Virus record (IMG/VR): IMGVR_UViG_3300030207_000328 | Span: 1 to 25,320 of that record | Source of the DNA: a virus | Taxonomy: Duplodnaviria; Caudoviricetes | Reading direction: 5' to 3' (one strand) | DNA: 25,320 bases | Shown: one piece after another, positions 1-10,521 of the stretch | How positions within the stretch are numbered: the first letter of the stretch is position 1 | Layout of the letters: every line of letters starts with the position of its first letter | Notes under the pieces: model-generated | Told to the model about the DNA's origin: nothing | The model's input: only the letters and a program-made list of their open reading frames with translations | Databases searched by the model: none | Translations under genes and position numbers: made by a program

Positions 1-2167
1 CAACTAATGAATGTTGACCAAGAATACCAGCCATTTGTTTTGTAATCTGTGTAATAGGTGCTAATAAATTAGCTGTATAAAAAACTCTTTTACCTTGTTC
101 ATTTAATTTACTTAATCCTTTAGTAAAAGGTGATCTTAAAAAATCTTCATACATTCTATTCTGTGCTACACCAAGTATCATATCTAATGCTTCACCAGCA
201 ATCTGTACTTCTTTTGCACTTAAACCTAATGCTTTCAAATCAGTAAGACCTTTCAATGTGCCACCTAATTGACCAAGACCTAACGCACCCTGTTTACTTG
301 CGTGTTGCATAATAATCATTCCTAGTTCTGGCAACGACGACAAACCAGCACGACCAAGAAAAGCATATGCTGTCCAATCAGTTAATGCTCTTGATATTCT
401 TCTATTCAAAGCATCAGGTCTTTGTACTGGAGTTCCTACAACACGATCATACATTTGATATAAGTCTTGTTTTGCTTGTGAAATAGTTTGTGCATTATTA
501 CCATGACGAATCATAGCAAGTTCTTCCATATCAACTAGATCATCCATTGACTTACCTTTGAATGTATTTGCAAATTCAATCTTAGAACCAGTTCTCATCA
601 TGTAATACATTGCAGTATCCAATGGATTTATCTCAATAAAATCTAATAACAAATGATTTGGTATATCTAATTCTCTATGTCTAAGATGCTTAGATAAACC
701 ATATCCCATAAAATCATCTTCAAGATTTTGTTTATTTAAAATCCTATCAACTGTTTTGTTTACTGATCTTTCAATATCAGAAGCTGTTGCATTTGGATTC
801 AATGGATTAGCTGTGTACCAATCTCTTAATATTGTTTTAAAACCATCCATATCATTAGCTATTGCATCAATATTAAAGTATCTTGGATAATAAACACCAC
901 GATATTGTGGGTTGTAACCACTTGCTAGTAAATCTTCTGAATCTTTTAATTTACCTCTTTGTTTACCAAGTATTTCTCTAAGCTTAACTTTTGCTCTTGG
1001 ATTTTTTTCTGTTTTTATTTGATTCTTTATGTCGTCGATTGTTGCTTTTAAATTATTAATTTGCCTGGTGATAGAATCTTTTGTAGCAAGTAGTCCATTA
1101 TCAAGCATATCATTTCCATACTTTGTATAGAACAAATCCATTTCATTAATAAACTCTTCTTCATATCTTGATAGTCTTGCTCTGTTAGGTTGTGCTTCTC
1201 TTAATATTCTTTCTCTTGCTAGTCTTTCAGCAAACTCACGAAAACCAGCACTTCCCATTCCTATTGGTTGATTTGTTTGATTCATAAAATTATGATAGAT
1301 ACCATTTAATTTACGAGAGTGAGCATAGTAATCACCCATGTATGTAACTGATCTCATAAATACAGATGATATACCTTGACCAGCTTTATTTAACATCTGA
1401 CTTAATCCACCATCAGCACCAATTTGTGTCATAAACTTTTTTGTAGATGTAGGTAAATCAGCTTGTAATACTCTTTTAAAAGGAGTGCTTACTAATTTAA
1501 AAAAAGGTGAATTAACAAACCAATTATTTGTATAATCAAAAGTACCAGTAGGGTTTACATCTAAACTATTTTGTACTTCTGTTTGTTCACTTACAAATCT
1601 TTGTGAAGCACGACCAGAGAAAGCACCAGTAATACCACCTAATGTTCCAACCAATGCCGTCGACCCAACAATATTAATGCCACTTTCTGTCAAGGTAGCA
1701 TCAGGTTCAAAAGGCGCTCGTATTAATTCTGTACCAGCACCAATAAAAAAACCTGATTTTGCACCTGATAATGCTCTTGCAGTAATACCAATACCTTTGA
1801 ATGGTAATGACAAAAGATTAACTGGATCAAGAATACCAGCAGTAATCATTGAACCCCAGCCACTTCTGCTTAATATTTCTCTGTTCTCACGCATCTTAGA
1901 GGTATGCGTTCTAAGATAGTTCAAATGATCTAATGATCTTGCTTCAGCAAGAAAACTTACTTGATTTCTGTCATCTAAATCTTCAGTAGTTAAATGATCT
2001 AAAACATTAAAATCTTCATCTTCTTCAAAAGAACTGCCATATAATGCACCCATTATTGGTCTATATTGATAGCCATATGTAGCCATCATTCCATCCCAAA
2101 ATGATGGGTCTTGTTCACCCATTGACATACTGTCGTATGCTATTAATGGTCTACCAATATCTACCAT
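1..2167 (-). CDS. Large internal virion (ejection/core) protein, T7 gp16-like position; truncated by window edge
   Basis: Not in the ORF track because it runs off the window. The ATG at 2167 overlaps the TAA of the upstream gene. It reads MVDIGRPLIAYDSMSMGEQDPSFWDGMMATYGYQY... with a Gly/Ala-rich segment (AGILDPVNLLSLPFKGIG). It is third in the series after tail tube B. Confidence 0.65.
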   Translation of the reverse strand, partial: MVDIGRPLIAYDSMSMGEQDPSFWDGMMATYGYQYRPIMGALYGSSFEEDEDFNVLDHLTTEDLDDRNQVSFLAEARSLDHLNYLRTHTSKMRENREILSRSGWGSMITAGILDPVNLLSLPFKGIGITARALSGAKSGFFIGAGTELIRAPFEPDATLTESGINIVGSTALVGTLGGITGAFSGRASQRFVSEQTEVQNSLDVNPTGTFDYTNNWFVNSPFFKLVSTPFKRVLQADLPTSTKKFMTQIGADGGLSQMLNKAGQGISSVFMRSVTYMGDYYAHSRKLNGIYHNFMNQTNQPIGMGSAGFREFAERLARERILREAQPNRARLSRYEEEFINEMDLFYTKYGNDMLDNGLLATKDSITRQINNLKATIDDIKNQIKTEKNPRAKVKLREILGKQRGKLKDSEDLLASGYNPQYRGVYYPRYFNIDAIANDMDGFKTILRDWYTANPLNPNATASDIERSVNKTVDRILNKQNLEDDFMGYGLSKHLRHRELDIPNHLLLDFIEINPLDTAMYYMMRTGSKIEFANTFKGKSMDDLVDMEELAMIRHGNNAQTISQAKQDLYQMYDRVVGTPVQRPDALNRRISRALTDWTAYAFLGRAGLSSLPELGMIIMQHASKQGALGLGQLGGTLKGLTDLKALGLSAKEVQIAGEALDMILGVAQNRMYEDFLRSPFTKGLSKLNEQGKRVFYTANLLAPITQITKQMAGILGQHSLV

Positions 2168-4329
2168 TAAAAACTATATCCAAATTCTTGTGCCTTACTT
2201 AAATCAACATTAAACTGTTCATCAAGTGACATACTGCCAATAGTGTTATTATCTAAGAATTGATACTCTTGTAATTTTTTATTTCTTTGAACAATCATAC
2301 CAGCAAACTCTAAATTCTTTTTAATCATATCTTCATACTGTTTGCTCATTGCACCAGCAAATTCCATAAGTTCAATAGATACCAGTTGATTATCAACAAC
2401 AACTGGGTCTAATGATCCTTCTTCTCCTGTTGCAATATAATATCTTACATTTGAATTTGCTGAATTAGGATCAACAATAACAAATACATTTTCACCTAAT
2501 ACTGGATTTTGTATTCCTGAAAGCTGCTTAACTTTATTTTCAAATGTTTGTAATGCTTCACCAGAAAATACAAGTTCAGGTGCAAATCTTGTTCTTTTAA
2601 CAGTGCCACCAGAGTTCATATCAACAGCATAACTAGATTCAACCCAAGTTCTATTTACAGTATCAGACATAATATTTATGGCTTCTTTTACTGATGATGT
2701 TGCCATTGCCAAAAACATTGTTTCATCAATAACTTCATCTACTATTGATGAATCTTTTATCTTAGAAAATAATTCTTCTTTAATAATATTTTTAATTGTA
2801 CCTACACCATCAATATATTTATCACTTTTTCTACCAAGTTCTATGTTTACATTTGTTTTTAAACGAGCAAATCTTACTTCTTCAGGTTGATTAATAAAAT
2901 CAACAGCTTTTCTTATTCCTTCTATTGTACTATTAAAAGTAAGCATACTATTTAATGCACGCATCTTTGCTGAAACACTATCACTCATACCCATGCCTTG
3001 AGTTAAATCTCTATGCAAACCTGTCGTCGACATATTTCTTGCCATGTTTTGATATATCTCAAGAACAGCAAAAGATTCTTCTGCATCTAAAGTTCCATCA
3101 ACTAGTGCTTGAAATTTATCTTCCATTACCTTTGGTATTTTTCTTTGTTCAGCAAGTATTCTATAAAAATTAATACTATTTGGATTTTTTGAATCAGCTA
3201 ATAAAAGCATTTGATCTTTTGTTGGTGGTATAATTAAACCAGTTTTTGTTGTTTGTAATTCTACACCTGATTTACCAAATACATATTGTGAATAAACACC
3301 CATTTCTTTTTTACCAATATCTATTCTTATTCCTTGATCTAATGCTGATGTAAGATTTCTTGCTATATTTACTTGTTTTAGTGTTTCTTCATATTGTGCT
3401 TGGTTTACTTTAACAGAATTGATTACTCTTTTAATTATTTGATTATCTAATATATGAGGATTATTACTAAGCAATGATTTAATACGATCAAATGATGCAC
3501 CTCTTGAGATCATTGTTTCTGTATCAGGTAGGTCATCTAATTGTTGTTTACCAAAACTATCAGCTACCATTATTATTTCTTCAGAAGAAAGGTTATTTAA
3601 TGCTATACCAATTCTTTGTTCCATTACTCGTCTACGCAATTCTACTATTCTTCTATTGGCTCCTCCTCCAGTTATTACACCTTCATTCACAAGCTCATTA
3701 TATTCATGTTCTATTGTTTGCATTAATTGATTAGCAGTATTAATATCTCCATTTGCAAACGCATTGATAGCTTGATTAGCCATTACTTCAGTTTGTTGAT
3801 CAGTATTTAAAATTAACTGTTCATCTTCTATTTTTTTTGTATTTGCTAATACTGTATTATTTCCTATAGCTATTTTTGCTGTTGCATAATCTGTAAGAAT
3901 ACCTTTCATACTTGGGTCAGCATTGTCTATTAAACCAGCAGTAGCTATTGAAACATCAGTGCTATATTGGTCTGCGTCTGTTGGATTATCTCTTAATGCA
4001 TTTGATATTTTATTGTCTATTAAACTTCTCATATTTGTTTCATATCTACGAAGCATTGTTTGTTCAAATGCTTTTGTACCTATTGTTCCCATAGACAAAG
4101 GTGCTTTTGTTATTTGCATATTTTCATCAAAGACGTCGACAGATAATGCTTTTCTTGTTCCAGCTTCTTTTGCTTCATCAACTGCTTTTTTATAAAACTC
4201 ACCTGATAAAGCTGATGATATTCTTGATATTGTTTCCCAAGTTTCTGACTCTGCTGTTCTTTCTTGTGAACGTACAACACCTACTGGTTTGTTGAATACT
4301 TGGTTTTTAAATCTTTCTATCTTTACCAT
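2167..4329 (-). CDS. Internal virion protein (gp15-like position), 720 aa
   Basis: Long, helical-looking ORF, translationally coupled to both neighbours. Function inferred from synteny with podovirus core genes. Confidence 0.6.
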   Translation of the reverse strand: MVKIERFKNQVFNKPVGVVRSQERTAESETWETISRISSALSGEFYKKAVDEAKEAGTRKALSVDVFDENMQITKAPLSMGTIGTKAFEQTMLRRYETNMRSLIDNKISNALRDNPTDADQYSTDVSIATAGLIDNADPSMKGILTDYATAKIAIGNNTVLANTKKIEDEQLILNTDQQTEVMANQAINAFANGDINTANQLMQTIEHEYNELVNEGVITGGGANRRIVELRRRVMEQRIGIALNNLSSEEIIMVADSFGKQQLDDLPDTETMISRGASFDRIKSLLSNNPHILDNQIIKRVINSVKVNQAQYEETLKQVNIARNLTSALDQGIRIDIGKKEMGVYSQYVFGKSGVELQTTKTGLIIPPTKDQMLLLADSKNPNSINFYRILAEQRKIPKVMEDKFQALVDGTLDAEESFAVLEIYQNMARNMSTTGLHRDLTQGMGMSDSVSAKMRALNSMLTFNSTIEGIRKAVDFINQPEEVRFARLKTNVNIELGRKSDKYIDGVGTIKNIIKEELFSKIKDSSIVDEVIDETMFLAMATSSVKEAINIMSDTVNRTWVESSYAVDMNSGGTVKRTRFAPELVFSGEALQTFENKVKQLSGIQNPVLGENVFVIVDPNSANSNVRYYIATGEEGSLDPVVVDNQLVSIELMEFAGAMSKQYEDMIKKNLEFAGMIVQRNKKLQEYQFLDNNTIGSMSLDEQFNVDLSKAQEFGYSF

Positions 4330-4814
4330 TAATCTTCTCCAACTTTGACTTTATCATATCTCATTATTCCCTCTGTACCAGCACCAACAAGATTTAATAA
4401 TCCTTGTCGTCGTAAAGATTTAGCTCTATCAGTTGCACTTGATACAGCTTCAAACTTTTGAAGATCATAATTTTTTTGAATATTTTTTCCTTGAATAGCC
4501 ATTCTTTCTAAATCAGTTTGCAGTGTAGCAAAGTTATTTTTTTCAAATGCTCTAAATGATGGATCACTTGCATCTCTTCCCATAATACCTCTCATAGCAA
4601 TATTAGATGCCATTGATTGAGTAAAGCCTTGAAGTAATGCAGTTGTTTCTTGTTCAGCAGTAAGTTGTGCTACTTGTTTTTGTTGTTCTATTCTTTCAGC
4701 AGTTCTTTGACCAGCCCTTAGTGCTTCCTTTGCACCAGCCCTTGCTGACATCATTCCACTTACACCTGATGCTACTGTTGTAAATAATAATAATTGTGGT
4801 GACGGAACACACAT
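4329..4814 (-). CDS. Internal virion protein (gp14-like), 161 aa
   Basis: MC- start, hydrophobic Ala/Gly N-terminus, Gln/Ala-rich helix; directly follows tail tube B. Confidence 0.65.
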   Translation of the reverse strand: MCVPSPQLLLFTTVASGVSGMMSARAGAKEALRAGQRTAERIEQQKQVAQLTAEQETTALLQGFTQSMASNIAMRGIMGRDASDPSFRAFEKNNFATLQTDLERMAIQGKNIQKNYDLQKFEAVSSATDRAKSLRRQGLLNLVGAGTEGIMRYDKVKVGED

Positions 4815-6820
4815 TAGAAAGCTACCTCCACTACCATTCCATTTAATTGTAAAGAAACTGGTGCAGTTTGAGTTATTAAAACTCTTGGGTCTGTACTGTA
4901 ACCCAACATTCTAAACTCTTTCTTACCAGTAAATTTTGATAAGCCTTGTGAAAAATCATCAGTTGTACTTTGTAATATCAATGGTACTGCTGTACCACCA
5001 CTACTTACAGATACAGATAATGTATCCACCAGGTCTAAATTAACTCTTGTTATTTGTCTTGGTTCTGCTGTAAGAGGACCACCATCTACTTGTGCATCTA
5101 ATGGAAGAGTAGTTAATACACCAGTATAACCAAAACCAATTTCTGCTGAACTTGTTGTACTAACAGCAGATACATCTATTTGATTTGAACCTTGAGTAAA
5201 GTTTCCAAGATAATCATTTCCAGATACGACGTCGACCTTTGCATTGTTTTCAAAAATTGAATTTGTTGTGAACACTCCATTACTTCCTGAGAAGTCATCA
5301 CTGCAATCTAAAGTAGCTGTATCTAAGAACTCCTCTAACATAAACCTTACAGTACCACCACCTAAATCTCTTTTAGCAACACAAAACAATCGTTCATCAA
5401 TAGTACACATACTGTGAAATCCACCAGTAGTGCCAGTATCAGAGGTTGTCCACAATGTCCACCCAGCCTTTTGTTCATTACGAATTGAGTGAAATACTGC
5501 GATTGTACCATCACTATTAACAAAGAAAGCATAACTTTCAGGTCTTGCCAACGCACCACGCATAGCTGTCATTTGCGTTGGATCGATCACAAGATGTGAA
5601 CTTAATAGTGAAATAGGTGTTGATACATAAGCACTTTCCTCGTCACTAAATACAAACTCTCTTACTGTCTTGCCACCTCTCTGAACATATACTGTAGCAC
5701 CATCAAATGGTGTAGGTCTTACACTTGCACTACCAAAAGGTGTTTGTCGTCGTATCTGTGCATTAGTTGGTGTTAATGCACTGCTTGAAAATGATGGTAT
5801 AAAAAATTCAGAAGTGCTTGTGAACACTTGCAAATCTCGTGAACTTGTTAAATGTTTGATAGAGTTAAACTCACCAGCACTTATTGCAAACTGTATGCTC
5901 TCATTTGATTGTGCTGTACCAACATCAAAGTTAAAAAACTCTGAAGTTTTCGACGACCATATTCCATCAGGTTGACTTGTTGTACCAGCAAACCAAAGTC
6001 TATCTTCATGGAATGTAACAGCACTTGGAAAACCTCTAAGTGTAGAGTAAGATTGTTCATCCCAATCTGTATCAGCAGTTGTGCCACTTAATGTTTTTCT
6101 TATAGTACCTCTTGCAACAGTTGTACTATCAACAGCAGTTATAAGTATTTCATTTCCTTTATATCTTACAATAGTACCAACATGACCACTTTCCCAATAA
6201 GCAGAAGATGTTGTCATTGTTTTATCTGTACCAGAAGTAGCTTGAGGAGTAAGAGTTACACCACTTTCTTGAAATGCAAAATATGGTTGGAATTTTTCAT
6301 CATTAGCTGTTGTTTCATCAAATGCAAACTTTCTTACTTCAAATGTTGTAAGTCCAGTTCTAACTATTCTCATTTGTATATGAGAACTATGAGCAACAAA
6401 CATATTATCAGCAGACTGTGCTATAGTTTGATGTTCTATTGTATCAACAGTCCAAGGCAATGCTGTACTATCTGTATCTGCTGTTAATGCTTGGATATGA
6501 GATATTGCACCAGTTGATGCAACTATACGAAAGAAGTCACATCTACCAGCACTAAATGCTACAATATATCTTTCGTCGTCAGAAAATAAAAATGGTTCAA
6601 TCTTTACTTGTAATCTTTTTGCATTGTCTACTGTGATAGTAGTAAACTTATGAATAAACTCTGTGCCTGGTCTACGTTTAACTCCACCCTCTGCCATAAG
6701 AAAAAAGTTTCTACACTTCTCTGCTGATTGAACATAAACATTCAAATCAGTTCTTGATGTCATTGATGGTGAAACTTCACCTCTTTCAAAGTTGTTGAGA
6801 GGTACACGAATACGAGCCAT
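4814..6820 (-). CDS. Tail tubular protein B / nozzle (T7 gp12-like), 668 aa
   Basis: N-terminal NF..GEVSP...R.D and N......GG..RRPGT motifs, FHEDRLWFAG beta-propeller repeats; follows tube A. Confidence 0.85.
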   Translation of the reverse strand: MARIRVPLNNFERGEVSPSMTSRTDLNVYVQSAEKCRNFFLMAEGGVKRRPGTEFIHKFTTITVDNAKRLQVKIEPFLFSDDERYIVAFSAGRCDFFRIVASTGAISHIQALTADTDSTALPWTVDTIEHQTIAQSADNMFVAHSSHIQMRIVRTGLTTFEVRKFAFDETTANDEKFQPYFAFQESGVTLTPQATSGTDKTMTTSSAYWESGHVGTIVRYKGNEILITAVDSTTVARGTIRKTLSGTTADTDWDEQSYSTLRGFPSAVTFHEDRLWFAGTTSQPDGIWSSKTSEFFNFDVGTAQSNESIQFAISAGEFNSIKHLTSSRDLQVFTSTSEFFIPSFSSSALTPTNAQIRRQTPFGSASVRPTPFDGATVYVQRGGKTVREFVFSDEESAYVSTPISLLSSHLVIDPTQMTAMRGALARPESYAFFVNSDGTIAVFHSIRNEQKAGWTLWTTSDTGTTGGFHSMCTIDERLFCVAKRDLGGGTVRFMLEEFLDTATLDCSDDFSGSNGVFTTNSIFENNAKVDVVSGNDYLGNFTQGSNQIDVSAVSTTSSAEIGFGYTGVLTTLPLDAQVDGGPLTAEPRQITRVNLDLVDTLSVSVSSGGTAVPLILQSTTDDFSQGLSKFTGKKEFRMLGYSTDPRVLITQTAPVSLQLNGMVVEVAF

Positions 6821-7434
6821 TAGACATTACTCGATAGTGTACCAGTTGTCCTTCTTGATGTAACAAAACGATTAGTAGAAAGTCTAAGAGTTGTCTGCTG
6901 TTGGCTATCAAGTGTTCTTGCTTTCTGCATAAAGAACCTTGCTTTCTCAAACATATTGTTAGACATACTATCATTTCTTGCTAGTGCTAATGCAAAGTGT
7001 CCAGACAGTTCATAGACGACAGCTTGTACAAAGTATGCTGGGAACTTAGCTTCTAATTGTCTAAAGTTATAATCTATGACGACGACATCATTAACACTTG
7101 CATCATTGAAGATAAAGTTACCATAAATCTGATAGTCAATATTTCTATCATTTACTGTAACAGCATTTATCATTAATGAGTCAGAAGGTATTTGGTAAGC
7201 TGAATTATATCTACCAGTTGGTTCATCTGATAGTCTGTTACCTATTGCTTGGTTTACTGCAAATCTCCATCTTGTATTTACAAGACTAGCTTGAATAGTA
7301 TCTTCATAAAGATTAACAGCAACCAATGCTTCGTTTGATCCATCACTAAAAGAAGTAATTGGTTGTGCGCCAATCAACACCAGTGACCGAGTACATATAT
7401 CGATAGGAGATGTCGCTGATGTTGATTGACTCAT
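6820..7434 (-). CDS. Tail tubular protein A / adaptor (T7 gp11-like), 204 aa
   Basis: IDIC..SL..IGA.PI.S, W.FA and Y.IP.D motifs typical of the family; position after the capsid genes. Confidence 0.85.
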   Translation of the reverse strand: MSQSTSATSPIDICTRSLVLIGAQPITSFSDGSNEALVAVNLYEDTIQASLVNTRWRFAVNQAIGNRLSDEPTGRYNSAYQIPSDSLMINAVTVNDRNIDYQIYGNFIFNDASVNDVVVIDYNFRQLEAKFPAYFVQAVVYELSGHFALALARNDSMSNNMFEKARFFMQKARTLDSQQQTTLRLSTNRFVTSRRTTGTLSSNV

Positions 7435-7439
7435 ATTAT

Positions 7440-7706
7440 TTAGTCGCCATCTGTTTCTGCAACAGCAGTTCCGTCTGAAACGTCAACTACTGTACCAGTG
7501 TTTGAAAGCACGGTACAAAAATTTGTTGTTGGAGTATTAGTATCCATAACAATAATTAAGTCCCTTACGTTCAACATATTAGCAGAGTTATTAAAATAAC
7601 CAGCACTGTTAACAGTTGCGATTGTATCTGTGGTTTGATAAATCCAAAGATTTACTCCACTAGCACCACCTATTCGGTGTAATCCAGTTGCACTATAAGC
7701 CATCAT
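7440..7706 (-). CDS. Small virion protein, possible capsid decoration protein
   Basis: Strong RBS (AGGAGG), directly downstream of the major capsid gene, beta-rich composition. The start could be 7703. Confidence 0.55.
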   Translation of the reverse strand: MMAYSATGLHRIGGASGVNLWIYQTTDTIATVNSAGYFNNSANMLNVRDLIIVMDTNTPTTNFCTVLSNTGTVVDVSDGTAVAETDGD

Positions 7707-7713
7707 CTACCTC

Positions 7714-8529
7714 CTAACTGTTATTGTCTAAGAACTCATAGACACCATTGTCATCAATAACAACAGCACCCATTGACATCATAGACGTTGCAAGGTGAGA
7801 TACCCTTTCAGGTATGTAATTTAATTCTGTTGTGACGTCGGCACCAATACCTAGTCCTACAGCAGAAGTGTGATAAGCCATATTCTTACCAGCAGTTACT
7901 GAAGAAGAAGAGAAGAACATAAAACCTAAGAAGTTTTTAGCTGTCATTCCACCAGCAAAAGGTAAGTTAGCTTCACCAACAAAGTCTGCACTAGCAAACT
8001 CATTGATTGCATATAGATCAGCAAATCCCTTTGGGTTCATTGCTACATATCGACCACCATCTTCTGGAATGTCAGCAACACCAAACTGCTCAAACAATGC
8101 TAACACATCTGCCTTTTCAATAGCAGAACTTGTGTCATGAATTTGAGTAGAGTTAGCACCACTATCCATAGCAGTGATTAATATTTCATCAGTCTTTCTA
8201 CCTAAAGCACCAGCTTCAGACTTAGCGATTGCCTGACGTTCATCTATATTAGTTTTGATTTCATCCAACTTGTCAATATATTCAGCGGCATAATGATCTT
8301 CCATTGTTACATCAACAGTTGTGTGGGTCAATTCCATAGGTGTGATTTGACCATTTCTACTTTTAGTAGAAGCTGAACCTTTACCAATCTTCTGAAAGCG
8401 AACTGTGCTTCCTCTCACATTAGCAACAGTACGCACAGTGTTCCTTAATTTAGAACCCATACGTTGATATGCTAAGTGTACTTCAGATTCAAACTGTCTA
8501 ATAAAAGCAGTATCAATAGTATTAGCCAT
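7714..8529 (-). CDS. Major capsid protein, 271 aa
   Basis: F..QF...V..AYQ..GSKLR.TV N-terminus, ALGRK.D.I motif, GAVVID..GV C-terminus, RBS AAGGAG. Confidence 0.9.
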   Translation of the reverse strand: MANTIDTAFIRQFESEVHLAYQRMGSKLRNTVRTVANVRGSTVRFQKIGKGSASTKSRNGQITPMELTHTTVDVTMEDHYAAEYIDKLDEIKTNIDERQAIAKSEAGALGRKTDEILITAMDSGANSTQIHDTSSAIEKADVLALFEQFGVADIPEDGGRYVAMNPKGFADLYAINEFASADFVGEANLPFAGGMTAKNFLGFMFFSSSSVTAGKNMAYHTSAVGLGIGADVTTELNYIPERVSHLATSMMSMGAVVIDDNGVYEFLDNNS

Positions 8530-8637
8530 TGATTGTCTCCTTTAAAAAGTTAAAATTTATCAGTTTGCAGATGATTGTCCAACTTTCAGCTTCATTAAGA
8601 TTGTCTTTAAAAAGGTCTTTCAGCATACATTGGGTCA

Positions 8638-9150
8638 TTACGAATTAAGCATTGGCATTTCTAAACCTTCTTGACAACGCACAAAACGTAAACACTCAAA
8701 ACTATTTACATATACTGGTACAGAATAAAAACTAAACCCAAGCCAAGCTAACCAAGTTATTGTTCTTTTATGATCTGATGGTACAACATTTTCTAATACC
8801 TCATAATCTTTTTGCAAAAGTTCAATAATCTCTCGTGATGCTTTTAAAAAACTAAAGTGGTTTTTCTCTATATCTTTACTGCCAAGTAACCATATAGAAG
8901 CAAAGCTACTGTTGTTTGAATACTGCATTGTACCAAACATACATATAGGAATGTCGTCGACAAGTGCTGTAAATGTTTTACAGCCTTTATCAACTAGTGG
9001 CATATGTAATGCACGATTAGGTGAAACACCATGAATGATACATTCACGAACATCCTCAGGTCTTAGATTTTCTTGTAAATACTTTGCATCTTCACTTGTT
9101 GAAGAAACAATATCAATTCTTCCTATCGTAGCTGTATAGTTACGAACCAT
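8638..9150 (-). CDS. T7 gp13-like (GNAT-fold) virion-associated protein
   Basis: NLR.ED..E, IWLLGS and L.N.V...H...I.WL.WLGF motifs. The start is uncertain; the ORF track gives 9168. Confidence 0.7.
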   Translation of the reverse strand: MVRNYTATIGRIDIVSSTSEDAKYLQENLRPEDVRECIIHGVSPNRALHMPLVDKGCKTFTALVDDIPICMFGTMQYSNNSSFASIWLLGSKDIEKNHFSFLKASREIIELLQKDYEVLENVVPSDHKRTITWLAWLGFSFYSVPVYVNSFECLRFVRCQEGLEMPMLNS

Positions 9151-9859
9151 ACAGTTTATTGAAACCATCAGTTACTTTATTGACAAAGTTTTGATCTCTT
9201 TCACCAGGCTTCCAATATCTAGGATCACGCATCATTTCATCTAAATCATCTTGATTTAATGAAGATGGTTGAGTTGCATGACCACTAAGACTACTGTTCT
9301 TTTGCATCTCCATTATCTTTTCAAGAACACCAATGCCTTCAGCAGTTGAAGCAAGGTTTTGTATTGCACCAAACTCTTCTTCAGTAAAGTTATTCTGTGT
9401 CCACAAAGTTACTGCATCAAGTCTTGCTTGAGCATTATCACCTAACTTTGCTTTTTCAGCTTCAATGTCTGGTTGCATACTATTCATAAACTCAGCAAAC
9501 TTTCCTATACCAGCTTCAAACTCTTCTTGTGAATAACCATTTTCAAATGCTTCATTAGCCCACCAGTTAAACATTTCATTATCTTGGGCTAGTTCTTCAT
9601 CAATGCTTTCAGGTATTTTGTAATCACCAACTGATGCTGGTCTACCATTATAAAACTCTTGTTCAAGTTCTTGTAGAAACTGATCTCTTACAGTTTCATC
9701 TTTTTGACCAATCTTACTTTCTAATTCACCATAACTTTGAACTAAACTTTCAGGTGTTTCAAACTTTTCAGGCAACCATTCAGGTCTTGTTTGTTCCACT
9801 TCTTGGCTTGTTGAAGAGTCCGTCTGATCGTTTACTACTGTCTGTGTCGCTTCTTCCAT
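9140..9859 (-). CDS. Capsid assembly scaffolding protein (T7 gp9-like), 239 aa
   Basis: Acidic protein with RPEWLPEKF...E.L..SY.ELE and C-terminal M.DPRYW motifs; lies upstream of the capsid gene. Confidence 0.85.
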   Translation of the reverse strand: MEEATQTVVNDQTDSSTSQEVEQTRPEWLPEKFETPESLVQSYGELESKIGQKDETVRDQFLQELEQEFYNGRPASVGDYKIPESIDEELAQDNEMFNWWANEAFENGYSQEEFEAGIGKFAEFMNSMQPDIEAEKAKLGDNAQARLDAVTLWTQNNFTEEEFGAIQNLASTAEGIGVLEKIMEMQKNSSLSGHATQPSSLNQDDLDEMMRDPRYWKPGERDQNFVNKVTDGFNKLYGS

Positions 9860-10106
9860 TCTTTACTCCATGATTATGAACAATTCTGCGTTCAATTATC
9901 CCTACAATATATCGCTGACCCTCAAGGTGACGTAGCTTTGCATCTGTTATATCAGGTCCAGCTACCATTTCTATAGTTATACTTTTAAGATATTTCAAGA
10001 CTTCTTGACCTATTGGTGTAGCAAAACAACTACCAACAGCATCTGAAATCATTTCATCATTTTCTTTTGATCTTGGGAATCCATCAATTCCAATATTATT
10101 TGTCAT
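9780..10106 (-). CDS. Conserved podophage head-region protein (Bbp19-like)
   Basis: F.TP.G.EVL.YL and LEGQR.IV..I motifs; lies between portal and scaffold. Its 3' end overlaps the scaffold start by 80 bp. Confidence 0.65.
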   Translation of the reverse strand: MTNNIGIDGFPRSKENDEMISDAVGSCFATPIGQEVLKYLKSITIEMVAGPDITDAKLRHLEGQRYIVGIIERRIVHNHGVKNGRSDTDSSKRSDGLFNKPRSGTNKT

Positions 10107-10357
10107 GTAAACTTCCTATGCGATTTAGTTTTATCCGAAATACGTTTTGGTTGTTTAGAAAACTGTTTGCCTTTTTTAATGGCACGACGTTTTGCTTTAG
10201 TTGACCTTGCGTACTCTTCGTCAGATAATGCACTAATTGCAGAGGAAGGTAAATATCTTTCTCCAGTTGCATCTTTTCCTTGTGTCGACGGCTTACCACT
10301 TTTGGTTCGCCATTTCTGTTTAGTCCATGCAACTAAGGATCGTTGAGGTTTCTTCAT
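10103..10357 (-). CDS. Small basic protein (C-terminal half of a DUF5872-like family)
   Basis: Q.SL..WT.QKW.T, GERYLP..A and GKQF motifs; ATGA overlaps with both neighbours. Confidence 0.65.
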   Translation of the reverse strand: MKKPQRSLVAWTKQKWRTKSGKPSTQGKDATGERYLPSSAISALSDEEYARSTKAKRRAIKKGKQFSKQPKRISDKTKSHRKFT

Positions 10358-10521
10358 GAGGTATAGCCACCACCAGCTTTCTTATATGCTAATGCTAACA
10401 TTTGTGCTTTACGAGCAGACCATTGACCAGGCTTTCCACCTTTGCCACCAGCCTTTATTCTTGCGAATATTCTTTTACGCATTGCTGGCTTGGTATAGTT
10501 GCCAGCTTCATTTACTGCCAT
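10354..10521 (-). CDS. Small basic protein, 55 aa (N-terminal half of a DUF5872-like family)
   Basis: Below the ORF-track cutoff. Translated by hand: MAVNEAGNYTKPAMRKRIFARIKAGGKGGKPGQWSARKAQMLALAYKKAGGGYTS. Confidence 0.7.
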   Translation of the reverse strand: MAVNEAGNYTKPAMRKRIFARIKAGGKGGKPGQWSARKAQMLALAYKKAGGGYTS

